A stretch of 62,999 nucleotides of DNA, counting the filler, from Globobulimina sp. (taxonomy: Eukaryota): NCBI GenBank assembly GCA_003354225.1. It is 40 parts of 40 records of this genome, joined end to end, with 100 filler letters (N's around TTAATTAATTAA, not from the genome) between each part and the next. Parts side by side here need not be neighbours in the genome. Positions count along the whole stretch, not along the records: positions 11,052 to 12,529 come from PIVH01016045.1; positions 12,630 to 14,107 come from PIVH01016046.1; positions 14,208 to 15,685 come from PIVH01016047.1; positions 15,786 to 17,263 come from PIVH01016048.1; positions 17,364 to 18,841 come from PIVH01016049.1; positions 18,942 to 20,419 come from PIVH01016050.1; positions 20,520 to 21,997 come from PIVH01016051.1; positions 22,098 to 23,575 come from PIVH01016052.1; 32 more parts are not named here. The stretch is one strand, 5' to 3'. Shown piece after piece: positions 11,716 to 22,843 of the stretch (position 1 is its first letter; every line of letters begins with the position of its first letter). The notes beneath the pieces are model-generated. The model did not search any database, was not told the DNA's origin, and worked only from the letters and a program-made list of their open reading frames with translations. The position numbers were made by a program, and so were the translations under genes.

Positions 11716-12529
11716 ATGGGAACATGCAGTTACATGCTATTCAAAATCAACAGAAAATAACATAAAAATCCATAAAAATAAAGTAAATGAATGGTTTAAC
11801 AATGTGGATAAAAGCAAGCATGAATCCATTCATTCAGCTATTTTTGAACCGATACTATTAACTGATTTCAGCAAAGATAAATCCATCAACAAATATGAAT
11901 ATAATAGCAAGTTCAAGCAAACCTGTCATTGGCTAATACCAAATGTGATATTAATTGGAGCAGATCCATACAGAGACTCTGACAAAGAAGGATTTGTAAA
12001 CTATTTGTTGAAGGACGGCATCACAGAATTTGTATCGTTGCACGGATGGGACCATAAAACCTATAAAGAAATTATTGAAAAACATTATGACGGCACCGGT
12101 ATTAATATTGATGACAAACTAATTTCATTACCAATCCCCGATTGGAGTATTCATGATAATATAAAAACGATTCAATACGTTGATGATTTGATAAAAATCA
12201 TATTAGAGAGTGATGAAAAGAAAATAATCTATGTCTGTTAATATATATATGTGCATATATTACAATAAATAAATTAATAACATTAAAGATGCATTGTTTT
12301 GGAGGGCATGGCCGTAGCGGATTGATTTCCTGTTTGCTGTTACAAGCAATTTATGGAATGGAGTCGTTGACAGCAATACAATTTTTAAATCATATTCATT
12401 CTGTACGGCATACAAAAGAATCACAGGTAAATGAAGGACATTATAAAATGCCCGAAGCAGAGGAACAATTCAATCAAATACACGATTTGCATGGAAACAT
12501 GATGCTGTTATATAATAAATATAAGAGCC
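11716..12529 (+). CDS. Protein tyrosine / dual-specificity phosphatase (CX5R)
   Basis: WLIPNVILIGADP, LPIPDWS, IYMHCFGGHGRSG after intron 12233-12288; predicted first intron 11729-11783 gives MGTCINEW. Confidence 0.82.
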
Positions 12530-12629
12530 NNNNNNNNNNNNNNNNNNNNNNNNNNNNNNNNNNNNNNNNNNNNTTAATTAATTAANNNNNNNNNNNNNNN
12601 NNNNNNNNNNNNNNNNNNNNNNNNNNNNN

Positions 12630-12955
12630 CCAATTCTGCAGAATTGATGAATTGCAACCAACCCTCCCACTGAGGCAAAATCTCCAACCTCAACATGGCC
12701 AGCAAGTGTGGCAACGTTTGACATAATGACACTATTCCCAAGAATGCAGTCATGAGCAATGTGTATGTATGACATAAGCAGGTTATTGTCACCTATAACG
12801 GTTTTTCCTCCCCCCTGTTCCGTTCCACGATGAATCGAAGCATATTCACGAATTCGATTATTATCACCAATAATTAGTTCAGTTGGTTCACCATCATATT
12901 TGAGATCCTGTGGATCACCACCAACTGTAGCAAAAGATGAAATGGTATTGTTTTT
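12630..12955 (-). CDS. lpxA: Bacterial UDP-N-acetylglucosamine acyltransferase, internal fragment
   Basis: Reads [69 protein letters not shown]...[25 protein letters not shown]; no introns. Confidence 0.95.
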
Positions 12956-13471
12956 ATGGATGCATCCATTCCAATAAATTGCAAACTTGTTTCATCACCT
13001 TTTTGCAGAATGTATGCCATTGTATGAGCTGAAGTGAACCTTTGTGTATCAATGCGTGGCATTGTACAATAAAATCAAAGAAATCAGATCCCGCATCTTC
13101 CATTGCCAAATAATAATGATATTTATCATAGAAAAACATTTCATATTTAACGAGCGATGGTGGCGGATTATTTGCAGTTAAATGTCGCAAAATTTTTGTT
13201 TCTTTGATTACGTTTTCGTGGACTTTGATTTTTCGACCGCGTGAATTTATTGTCACGGATTTTTTATGTAATTGTTTTTTTACTACTTTGATTACATATT
13301 TTTTTCCTCCTTTTTTACACTTCCAAATAGCTCCTATATATATTGCGGATTTATTAATATTGTATTAAATATTTTGTTGTGAACAGTAAATATACCTTGC
13401 AGTGAGTTGGTGACTCTTTTCAAAGAGACATATCCTTTGCTTTTGATTGTCTTTTCTATGGAATACGAAAT
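12954..13471 (-). CDS. Eukaryotic Ser/Thr protein kinase, N-lobe only (broken at the lpxA junction)
   Basis: SLQGAIWK...YVIKV...ETKILRHL...[15 protein letters not shown]...[12 protein letters not shown]; intron 13334-13395; stops just before the HRD motif would occur. Confidence 0.8.
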
Positions 13472-14222
13472 CTAAATACAAGTTTGCTTCGATATCGATG
13501 GATGAGAATAAAAGAAATGCTTTGTCTTAACTGTTGTTTTGATATAGTGTTGCATGATAAATTGATTTATAACAGAAGAAAATTATTTGAGTACTTGAAA
13601 ATGGAATTATTTGGTTAATTAACATTTTATCATATACTCATGACATTCTTCGGTGTATTCATATTTGTAGCGAATTATGAAATTATGAATTATGGAAGTG
13701 GATGAGCTGTACACGTCTTATGTTAATTATGATGTGTAGGTGTTTGAATATATAGAGTAATATGTGAATAAATCGTATATAAATTATCACTCACTGTTTC
13801 TTGAACGGAGCATTTATTCGAGAATTTATATAAAACACAATCATTTGTTTAAGAATATCACCAATTTATCTGTGATAACATTGCATTCATCATCGTAAAT
13901 GTCAATAATTGATAACATTGCTTTTATTGTCAACTCTTTACATTTCATAACATCTTTCCATTTAATTTTAAACTTTTCCATATCCCATAATTCCGTTAAT
14001 TTATCATCTCTAAAATGTGCACAATTTGTCCATACAACACCTAATTCCATTAAATACACTTTGAAATGAATAGAAATAGCAACAGCATCCTTTGGCATTG
14101 CTGATAGNNNNNNNNNNNNNNNNNNNNNNNNNNNNNNNNNNNNNNNNNNNNTTAATTAATTAANNNNNNNNNNNNNNNNNNNNNNNNNNNNNNNNNNNNN
14201 NNNNNNNAAAAATGCGTGACAT

Positions 14223-15685
14223 GTGCTCCAGAATATAAATATATTAGTAACTAATATATATATATTAGTACTAATATGCGTACCTCTTATCGGGAACACT
14301 ACTGTAACAAGATTGAATGAGTTCATCCCCGTATCACAATGCAGAGAAACGAATATAGCAATCTGTGGAATCCTTATCCACACTAAACACAAACCGATTG
14401 CCGTTTATTCTTATTATCGCCCCCCAAAATATGGTGAAGCCACACAATTATTCCAATTTAAATTTGAAGGTGAAAAAGTTATCCTTGGAGGTGATTTAAA
14501 TCTCCACCACGAAATGTGGGGGAGTAAAAAGCATAATAAAGCCTCAACGGACTTTGTGACCCTTCTGTCCCATTCGGAGTTCCAAGTAATTAATTCAAAA
14601 ACACCAACCCGATGTGACCCATCCAATCATGCCCATGAATCCAATATAGACATTACATTAACGTCGAATAATACCAAAGCAATAAACTGGCAAGCAATTA
14701 ATCACCATAATCCCCAATTATCGGATCATTATTTAATCAAATTTGAAATAGAACTGGAACAGGCCTATGGTTTTAATTATAATCGCAGAGTTTGGAACCT
14801 TAATTCTAAGAAATGGAAGAATTACACTGCGCTACTCACCAAACGAGCAAATCAAATGCAAGAATTTATAAATCATGACATCAAACTCCTTCGAAAAAAC
14901 CCAACCAATACGGCGCTACAAAATAAAACAATAAATGCCCTCACTAATACCATATCCCAAACAATTACGGATGTTGCAAACCTTACCATTGGGAAAAAAG
15001 CATATTTTAATGGATATAAACCATGGTGGAATAACAAAATAGGAAAGCTGCAAAAGAAAGCGAGGAAATGGGAGAATAAAAAGAATAAATTTAAGAAAAA
15101 AGTAAAAAACGCCCCAAATAATTCCATTAGAAAAAGAATTTTTATTTATGAAAGGGATCAAGCAAATTTCAAATATAAAAAACTCCGAAACGAGAAATTG
15201 AGAGAAATAAGGAAAGCGAAAGCAGCGTATAATAAGAAATTAAACCACCAAATACAACACGCAAAATCCCATTCTCGCGTATTCTATAGAGCACTAAAAC
15301 AGAAAAACTATAAATCCGATAATATAATCCCGCCAATTATAATAAATTCAAATCAAGAAACAACCAATGACCCCACCGAACAAGCTACATTAATCCATCA
15401 ACACATATGTAACCCGCCTAAACCTCCGTTTAATGCAAACCACATCAATTATCATCAAATAATTGACCATTCAGCTAATTTCATAATCAATGATGTGCAT
15501 CAAAACACTCCGAACCTCACAGACAATCCAGACGATGTACTAAACTCTGAGATCTATTTCTATGAAGTCAGAAACTGTGCGGCAGAGTTGGATACGGACA
15601 AAGCAATTGGCACCGATGATATTCATAATAAAATGTTGATCTTTGGGTTTGCCCCGTTATATAACATTTTGACCCAGTTATTCAA
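14223..15685 (+). mobile_element. Non-LTR retrotransposon (LINE) ORF2 fragment: APE endonuclease to the region just before RT
   Basis: YRPP, ILGGDLNLHHEMWGS, IDITL, LSDHYLI (APE); KPWWN; KAIGTDDIHNKML (pre-RT motif). Confidence 0.9.
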
Positions 15686-15785
15686 NNNNNNNNNNNNNNN
15701 NNNNNNNNNNNNNNNNNNNNNNNNNNNNNTTAATTAATTAANNNNNNNNNNNNNNNNNNNNNNNNNNNNNNNNNNNNNNNNNNNN

Positions 15786-15917
15786 GTGAAAGAAATTAAA
15801 GATTCTGATTTAAAAGAAATTGGAATTCAAATCAGAAACAGAAATAAAATTTTATGGAACAGAACACATTTAATATATGCTTTGATAAAACAATCTAAAA
15901 ACAACACTAGTAATTGA
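15786..15917 (+). CDS. C-terminal SAM-domain fragment
   Basis: EIKDSDLKEIGIQIRNRNKIL resembles the SAM motif (DL.E.GI...R.KI). Confidence 0.55.
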   Translation: MKEIKDSDLKEIGIQIRNRNKILWNRTHLIYALIKQSKNNTSN

Positions 15918-16323
15918 TTGTTATAATTATATATTTATACTAATATATTTTTTATTTGGTGTCGGTTTTATTCAATGTCAGATGTTTCCTTTGGTGTCAG
16001 ATTGTTATTTTATGTTTTTCTATTCTGTATTGTCAGATCTTTATTTATTCTTTGCAGATTTATATAATATTATTGTTTAGTTTTTATGTGTGTGTCTTGT
16101 ATGTATTATTGTCAGAAAATATATTTTAATAAAATTCTTTGTTACTTGTATAGCACATTCACTTTATCGATACATGTACATGTTCGCCAAAAACAAGATT
16201 TGTTTACTACAATGATAGTCCGGTTTGTCTATTACCAAACCGGTCTGTATAAAAACTTAGTCAACTCAAAAATATATAGATTGATCAAAAAACAGTAGGG
16301 ACAAATTAACATAAGCAAAAAGC

Positions 16324-17263
16324 CTACAGACACACTGTTAAACTGTTTGGGCTTACAATGGATTGCAGTGCGTTGATAGCATCCAATGGCAAGTTTTGAT
16401 TGTTATATTTGTCATAACATCTGATGTATCCGATTTGCGGGTGAGATATTTGAGCATATGCAATTCCATCCACATTTTTTATTTTCTGTATTTCAACCAT
16501 TGTTGTTGCAGATAATTCAGTTAATTTGGAATTGTTTGGAATGTTTGGCTCTTTTGAAATATGAGTATCCTGAAGTAACATAACTAAAACCCCTCTGTCC
16601 TTAGCACTGCATAATACAGAAATATAACCGGAATCATAAGTTGTGTTCATTGCTTTATCTGATACCAACGTTTCCGAAATTTGGTTTCTTTCTTCTTTTT
16701 TGACACTTTCATCTTTGTTTGATGTTTTTTTATATTTAAATAATTTAATTTTATTTCCATTCTGATTATTTTGATTGTTTGTACATAGATAATCCGTGGA
16801 TGCATATTTTTTCTCTATAGTCTGTTTTACAGATTCGGCTTTGTCAAATGATATCTCATTATCTGCACTCAATACATTTGGTATTGGTTCCACATCTTCT
16901 TTAAAGTTCAACAATTTTATGGTATTCAGATTGTCACTCATTTCCGAAAACGTTTGTATATTGGGAGAATCTTTATATTTCTCTGATTCATCAAATGTAA
17001 ATAGACCATTTGCATTGATTGGACTGCAGTTTCCGCTGTGTAATAGTTTCTGATTTAGTTCTTCCATCGCAATGGCTATTTTGTTGTCGTCTTTGCAATC
17101 GAATTGTGTATCAAATATGTTTGTATATTTAGGGCTTTTACGTAATGATAATGTAGTTCTTAATTGTTCCATATCGGTTGCAATTTTATGATATTCTGAT
17201 ATTGAAAAAATATTCATCATAATCTCCGTTCCCGGGCAAAGTCCAATCCTCAAAAATCTTAAC
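16324..17263 (-). CDS. Hypothetical protein, C-terminal part (possible SH3-like terminal domain)
   Basis: 309-codon ORF open to the contig end; ends YAQISHPQIGYIRC. Confidence 0.55.
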
Positions 17264-17363
17264 NNNNNNNNNNNNNNNNNNNNNNNNNNNNNNNNNNNNN
17301 NNNNNNNTTAATTAATTAANNNNNNNNNNNNNNNNNNNNNNNNNNNNNNNNNNNNNNNNNNNN

Positions 17364-18841
17364 TTGACAGTGTCAGTTGTGATGGTCGGACAACTGACGG
17401 ATGAGCTCATTGCTACATTTCCATCTGATTCCCAGTCGTTTAATGTGTTTGATTCGTCACAACGAGCGAATGGAGTTGGTGCAGTCGAAGGTATTATCGG
17501 ATTTCTTGTGGGATATAATGTTGTGGGCAACGATGTTTCTTGCAAATCAGTACAAACTAATGTTACGGAATAAGGACCCCAACCATTCCACTCGTTCTTT
17601 ATAACAAAAATATATTCATCACCAATGGCTACAGCGCCTGGAATAGTGATTTGTCTGGACTGCCAATAGTCTAAGTGACTGACGCAAAAGACGTCTTTGC
17701 CTTCATTGACGATTACAAAACCATGCGAGTCTTTGATTTGCAACCGCGGTGTAAAAAAACCTGAAGTTGCATTACATGCATCTAAGAATACTGTGTTATT
17801 GTTATGCGCAACATTTGCTGTATACAAATATTCAACAGATTCGAATGCGGACCTAAATCCTGTACGCGTTTGGTTGCACGATATTGATGGAAGTGGTGCA
17901 ATGGGTGCTTTTGTGGGCTGATTATTTGGCGGATGGGTTTGACCCAATGTTAATGGCGTTTGTGATGGTGAATAGGTCCATGGACCTAAACAAAATAATG
18001 TGACAGAATAGTCACCAAACTCTGGCTCTGCCCCTCCGCCCCATCCTTCTACGATGAAAGTATAAATCTGATCGGGATATACAGGGCCTGGGATTGTAAT
18101 ATCTCCCGCATATTGATGACCACAAAAGGATTGATCTTCGCCATGCTCAGTATTCCGATAGGAATATGCGATTATATTATTGTGAGAGTCACGAATTGTC
18201 AAAGCTGTATCCTGTGTCATGTCACAAAAACATTTGCATAGATTTGCGAATACAGTATTTGCAGTATATACATTGTTTTTGGTTTGGTATATACAGAAAT
18301 CTTATATACGGAAACATACAAATTCTGATGGACAGCTCTCCAAATATACTATCTCATGTCCAATAGTGCTGGTAAACACAAATGAAACTGTTCCGTTCTC
18401 CAATATCGATCCTGTATGCGTTTCCCCACATGATATGGTATTATTAATTGGTGGAAGTGGTGCAATGGGTGCTTTTGTGGGCTGATTATTTGGCGGATGG
18501 GTTTGGCCGAATGTTAATGGTGTTTGTGATGGTGAATATGTCAATGTACCTAAACAAAATAATGTGACAGAATAGTCACCAAACTCTGGGTAGTCAGCAA
18601 ACTCCCATCCTTCTACGATGAAAGTATAAATCTGATCGGGATATACAGGGCCTGGGAATGTAATATCTCCCGCCCATCTATGACCACAAAAAGATTGATC
18701 TTCGCCATGCTCAGTATTCGAATCGGAATATGCGATTATATTATTCTGAGAGTCACGAATTGTCAAAGCTGTATCCTGTGTCATGTCACAAAAACGGTAT
18801 TTGCAGTATATACATTGTTTTTGGTTTGGTATATACAGAAA
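17364..18841 (-). CDS. Extracellular multi-module protein with Cys-containing beta domains and PT-rich linkers (partial, intron-containing)
   Basis: Repeated modules SC..T.TG...ESCPSEF|DTALTIRDS...YSVTLFC separated by SPSQTP/PTKAP linkers; intron about 18213-18319. Confidence 0.7.
17888..18841. repeat. Tandem duplication, offset about 564 bp, covering exon plus intron
   Basis: 17888-~18299 is near-identical to 18452-18841. Confidence 0.93.
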
Positions 18842-19244
18842 NNNNNNNNNNNNNNNNNNNNNNNNNNNNNNNNNNNNNNNNNNNNTTAATTAATTAANNN
18901 NNNNNNNNNNNNNNNNNNNNNNNNNNNNNNNNNNNNNNNNNGTACCAAATCCATCAGTCCATTAGATCCATCATATAATCCATCCATACGCATCCTTTGT
19001 GTGGACCAATAGAGATTTCCGATTGTGACTGATTTGTAGTATCAAATGGACTGTTCAACAGTTAATGTTTTTCTATTCAATATCCAAAATGAGGCGCATG
19101 ATATTGAGAGATTACGAATACCTGAGATATATATATCAATCTGAATCTGCTCTTAATTAACAGGAATTAAAGTTTTTAAGGTAAACAATTTGCAGCGAGG
19201 TACATCATTATTATCATATACTTTTTGCCCTTCGATTACTGCGA

Positions 19245-20414
19245 TTGCGAAGTTTCAAATACCTGAATCGAACATTTTATACCTATAATATACGATGTTA
19301 TCGTTCAAGTTTACTGCCGCCACACACAAAAATAAAGATGCCATCAATTGGCAAAGATAACGAAGCCGGCGAAATAGTGAAATGGTACAAGACAATCGGT
19401 GATAAATTGAAGATTGACGATGCAATCTGTGAAATTGAAATGGATGATTTAACACTTGATTTGGAGGCAGACGTTGATGGATATTTAGCAGAGATCTCAA
19501 TTCCCGATGGACTTAAAGTAAAATGTGGCACAACCATAGCAAGACAGGTCGAAACAGAGAAAGATTTAGAAACATTTATCGATGCTCTCAAGGTAGTAAT
19601 GTCCAAAATAGATAGATACAATGATCGGACATTTAAACTGTTTTTATTCTATGTTCAGAACAGCAGAGATACGGCAGAACGAGATTTAATATTTGCATAC
19701 CGGATATTGTCAGATTTAGGATATGATTCTTATATAAATATGAATCATTTATCTGTCTCAATACCAATATCCGCTGAAACTCCATGGAACAAAACAATGA
19801 TAACCGGCAAAGATTCATTTTGTTGGCATAATATAACAAAAAAGGATTTGATACAAATTGATATTGAACAAGTAATCAAAGAGAAACAATTTAAAAATAC
19901 AATGAATGATATCGATGCCATGGACATTTATTGTGCATTGATTAAAAAAACGCCAACCATAAATACTTTATTTCATATCAATACGCCGAGTTTGTTAACA
20001 TTGTCATCCATAAAACCCAACGAATTGTTAATGATAAATCCTTTATGTGCTCGTTTTTCGAATAGAATAATTTATGTGGAATCCCTGCATGAAATATACG
20101 ATACGAATTTTATTACATTTGCCAATGTCATTGTTATTAAGAATTTTGGTGTTATCGTAACTGGTTCATCCATTCAACAGGCATTTGATACTTTTTTTTA
20201 CTTTGACAAAATGGTTAAATTACAATTGAAAATATTAAGATTACAAAATTCAAACTCACAGCTTCAAATTATGGAATTGGATGAACAACAAATACATGAA
20301 TATCAAAGCAAATATCAGGTAAATTCGCATAAAATTGCAAAGCAACATTTTGATGCGCGGAAAAGGAGTATTTTAGAAAAAGAGGAGCATTTATTACAAG
20401 AGACACAAGAATGA
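19245..20414 (+). CDS. Lipoyl/biotinyl-attachment domain fused to class II aldolase/adducin-like domain
   Basis: LPPHTKIKMPS...GEIVKWYK..GD...ICEIEMDD...DGYLAEI (PDH-E2-like lipoyl fold), then RDLIFAYRIL...NHLSV...ITKKDLI...KNFGVIVTGSSIQQAF (aldolase II); start codon uncertain. Confidence 0.8.
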   Translation: MRSFKYLNRTFYTYNIRCYRSSLLPPHTKIKMPSIGKDNEAGEIVKWYKTIGDKLKIDDAICEIEMDDLTLDLEADVDGYLAEISIPDGLKVKCGTTIARQVETEKDLETFIDALKVVMSKIDRYNDRTFKLFLFYVQNSRDTAERDLIFAYRILSDLGYDSYINMNHLSVSIPISAETPWNKTMITGKDSFCWHNITKKDLIQIDIEQVIKEKQFKNTMNDIDAMDIYCALIKKTPTINTLFHINTPSLLTLSSIKPNELLMINPLCARFSNRIIYVESLHEIYDTNFITFANVIVIKNFGVIVTGSSIQQAFDTFFYFDKMVKLQLKILRLQNSNSQLQIMELDEQQIHEYQSKYQVNSHKIAKQHFDARKRSILEKEEHLLQETQE

Positions 20415-20609
20415 GCTTANNNNNNNNNNNNNNNNNNNNNNNNNNNNNNNNNNNNNNNNNNNNTTAATTAATTAANNNNNNNNNNNNNNNNNNNNNNNNN
20501 NNNNNNNNNNNNNNNNNNNGTAGGGCTCGTCAAACATTGATGACTAAGTTATGCCATAACTAATATGTCACCTGTGCCACAACTGAAGCGCTGTTGGTTT
20601 CTCTACGTC

Positions 20610-21997
20610 AGGGTAGCGTCCGAAAGGCGCAACGCCAAAAGGCGCAACGCGGCGCAACGCCGCTGCACGCGGCGTGCGGCGCAACGCCGTTTTAAACAGC
20701 GCCACATCACTAATGGCGCTTTTTACCGTTGCCGAAATCAGTAGAACGCTGTGTGCGTGTGTTGTATTGTCGTTTCATTCTTTTACTTAGCAAAATTATT
20801 ATTTTCGTTAAATTTTCATTTATTAAAATGGCCAAAAATCCAGAAATTCAACAAGAAAATGTAATAATTGAAGGTAAGTAAGTAGATACCTACGTTATAT
20901 TTTTCGACTTTCTTGAACTTCTTCGTTTTAGATTTTGATGCGACCCAGCCGATGTTGCAAGGTTCGCCTCTACAATTTAGTACTCCTATTCGGCGAATAT
21001 CTTCCATGTCGTCGATCAATAATGTATCTCCCAATCTAATTGATTTAACTCAATCTAGTCCTGATGACAAGTAAGTATTTTATAAGTACTATTTTATGGG
21101 CTACCTGTTAATTATTACTGTTATTCTATGTACATATAGTGTACGTACATGTAGCATTCTTCTGCATACATGTACACATTTCATTCATTTACAGAGTGTC
21201 TCCACCACAAAAACGTGAATGTGTTCGACCTAGTCCCGATCATCATCGTAGCAGTTCAGTGTCAAATCGTCCAATAAGCATCGATTCTGGCTTGGAGTCC
21301 AGCCAGCTGTTTAACGACCAACATGATGTTTCGGACAATTCAGATTCTGATGGATTTGTCAGTCATTTCTCTCAACAGCAGTCATCAATTGACAGTTCAA
21401 ATGAAAATGTTGATGTTGACTACACATTTCTAAAGGTATCATACTGTATGATACATATACAACAGGTAGTGCAATGTGTTAAAACATTGATCGTTTCAGG
21501 ACCCTCAAAATTTGCCTCTATTGCAAAAGGAACCAGTACGTGTGATTGATAAAGTTGCCTCGATCATGAGTTTCGAAGTCGCTAATTTGGGTGATAAAGT
21601 TTGCAACAAGGTTCCGCAAATTTGTCCCGGCAGGACTGCCACATATTTAGTCAATTTATCAGAGATTGGACACCCTGACGACATTGTTAGAGACTCTTAT
21701 GGATCCTGGGGTAAAAATTCGGGCGAAACAAGTTATTATTCTGTCAATACCGTTTCGAGATCAGTCAAAAAACAGAATTGTGGCAAATATAGGAAAATGG
21801 CAGAAGACGCCAAAGTTGATATGAAAATAAGACGACGATTTTATAAACATCCGGTAGTAAATGATTTTAAGAAAAGTATCTTTATTGGATATTTCGGTGA
21901 ACATTTATTGGACCCAAAATGGGCTATTATTTCATATGAGTGGTTATGCCCCCCTTTCGATTTCATGAACAGAGCTCAATTGATATGACTTATCATT
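20610..21997 (+). mobile_element. Possible DNA-transposon end plus spliced ORF (animal-like)
   Basis: Clustered gcgcaacgc motifs at 20626-20688 precede a spliced ORF (…DDIVRDSYGSW…RRRFYKHP…DFKKSI) of a type I associate with invertebrate transposon proteins; no catalytic domain visible. Confidence 0.35.
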
Positions 21998-22151
21998 NNN
22001 NNNNNNNNNNNNNNNNNNNNNNNNNNNNNNNNNNNNNNNNNTTAATTAATTAANNNNNNNNNNNNNNNNNNNNNNNNNNNNNNNNNNNNNNNNNNNNATA
22101 CAGTTTTCCAACTGAAAAACATGAACTGAACGCAGAATTGAAATATTGAAT

Positions 22152-22843
22152 ATGTCAGCAGATAATTGTTTTTATTTGATGGCTAATGGCCAGGTGGAGA
22201 GCTGCAATGTTAAGTATTTTTGCCTATGCTGCTAGAAATGAATCTTGTTTCATTTACATATAATTTTAGGTATCAGGGTATGACAGAATTTACAGTAAAT
22301 ACTCGATTAATTTTGGTGCGGATTGGAAATGTGTCAAAGGAGTAGAAACAGGAATATCTCAATCATCTCGGAAAAATCCGTTACAAAAATTTGGGTTTCT
22401 ATGGAATTATCCATTTGATTTAACCTTCAAATCCTTTAATCCAACGGGATGGCCACAAATTATCATTTCTGTTTATTCACTAAATTCGTGGACAAGCGAT
22501 GACATTGTGGGTTATGCGTCGCTAAGAATTCCGATATTTCCCGGCAGGTTTAATTGATTATATTTTTAATATTCGTTACCTCTCATAAATAATATATAGA
22601 TATGTGATTGAAGCGGATTTATTTCGTCCAGTTTCATCCAATTGGTTCAGTGAATTAGTTGCAACATTCAAAGGAAATAAACCCGAATATTTTGATACAA
22701 CCTTTATTACACAAAGTAAAAATAGAGAGATAACGCGAGTTACCTCCAATGGAAAAGTAAAAGTTGTATTTAATGTCATGACCAAAAATCTAAAGTCATT
22801 TGGATACTCTGTAAAAGATGAATTTATCAATAAAGAAGAATAA
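22152..22843 (+). CDS. B9D1: B9 domain-containing protein 1 (ciliary transition zone, MKS module), complete
   Basis: NGQVESC|...FGADWK...GISQ...WNYPFDLTFKSFNPTGWPQI...GYASLRIPIFPGR|...GNKPEYFD...REITRVTSNG; introns 22209-22269 and 22548-22599. Confidence 0.88.

Noticed and set aside
14223-15685. Endonuclease ORF as a novel defence nuclease
   Set aside because: Motif order matches an ordinary APE-type LINE ORF2.
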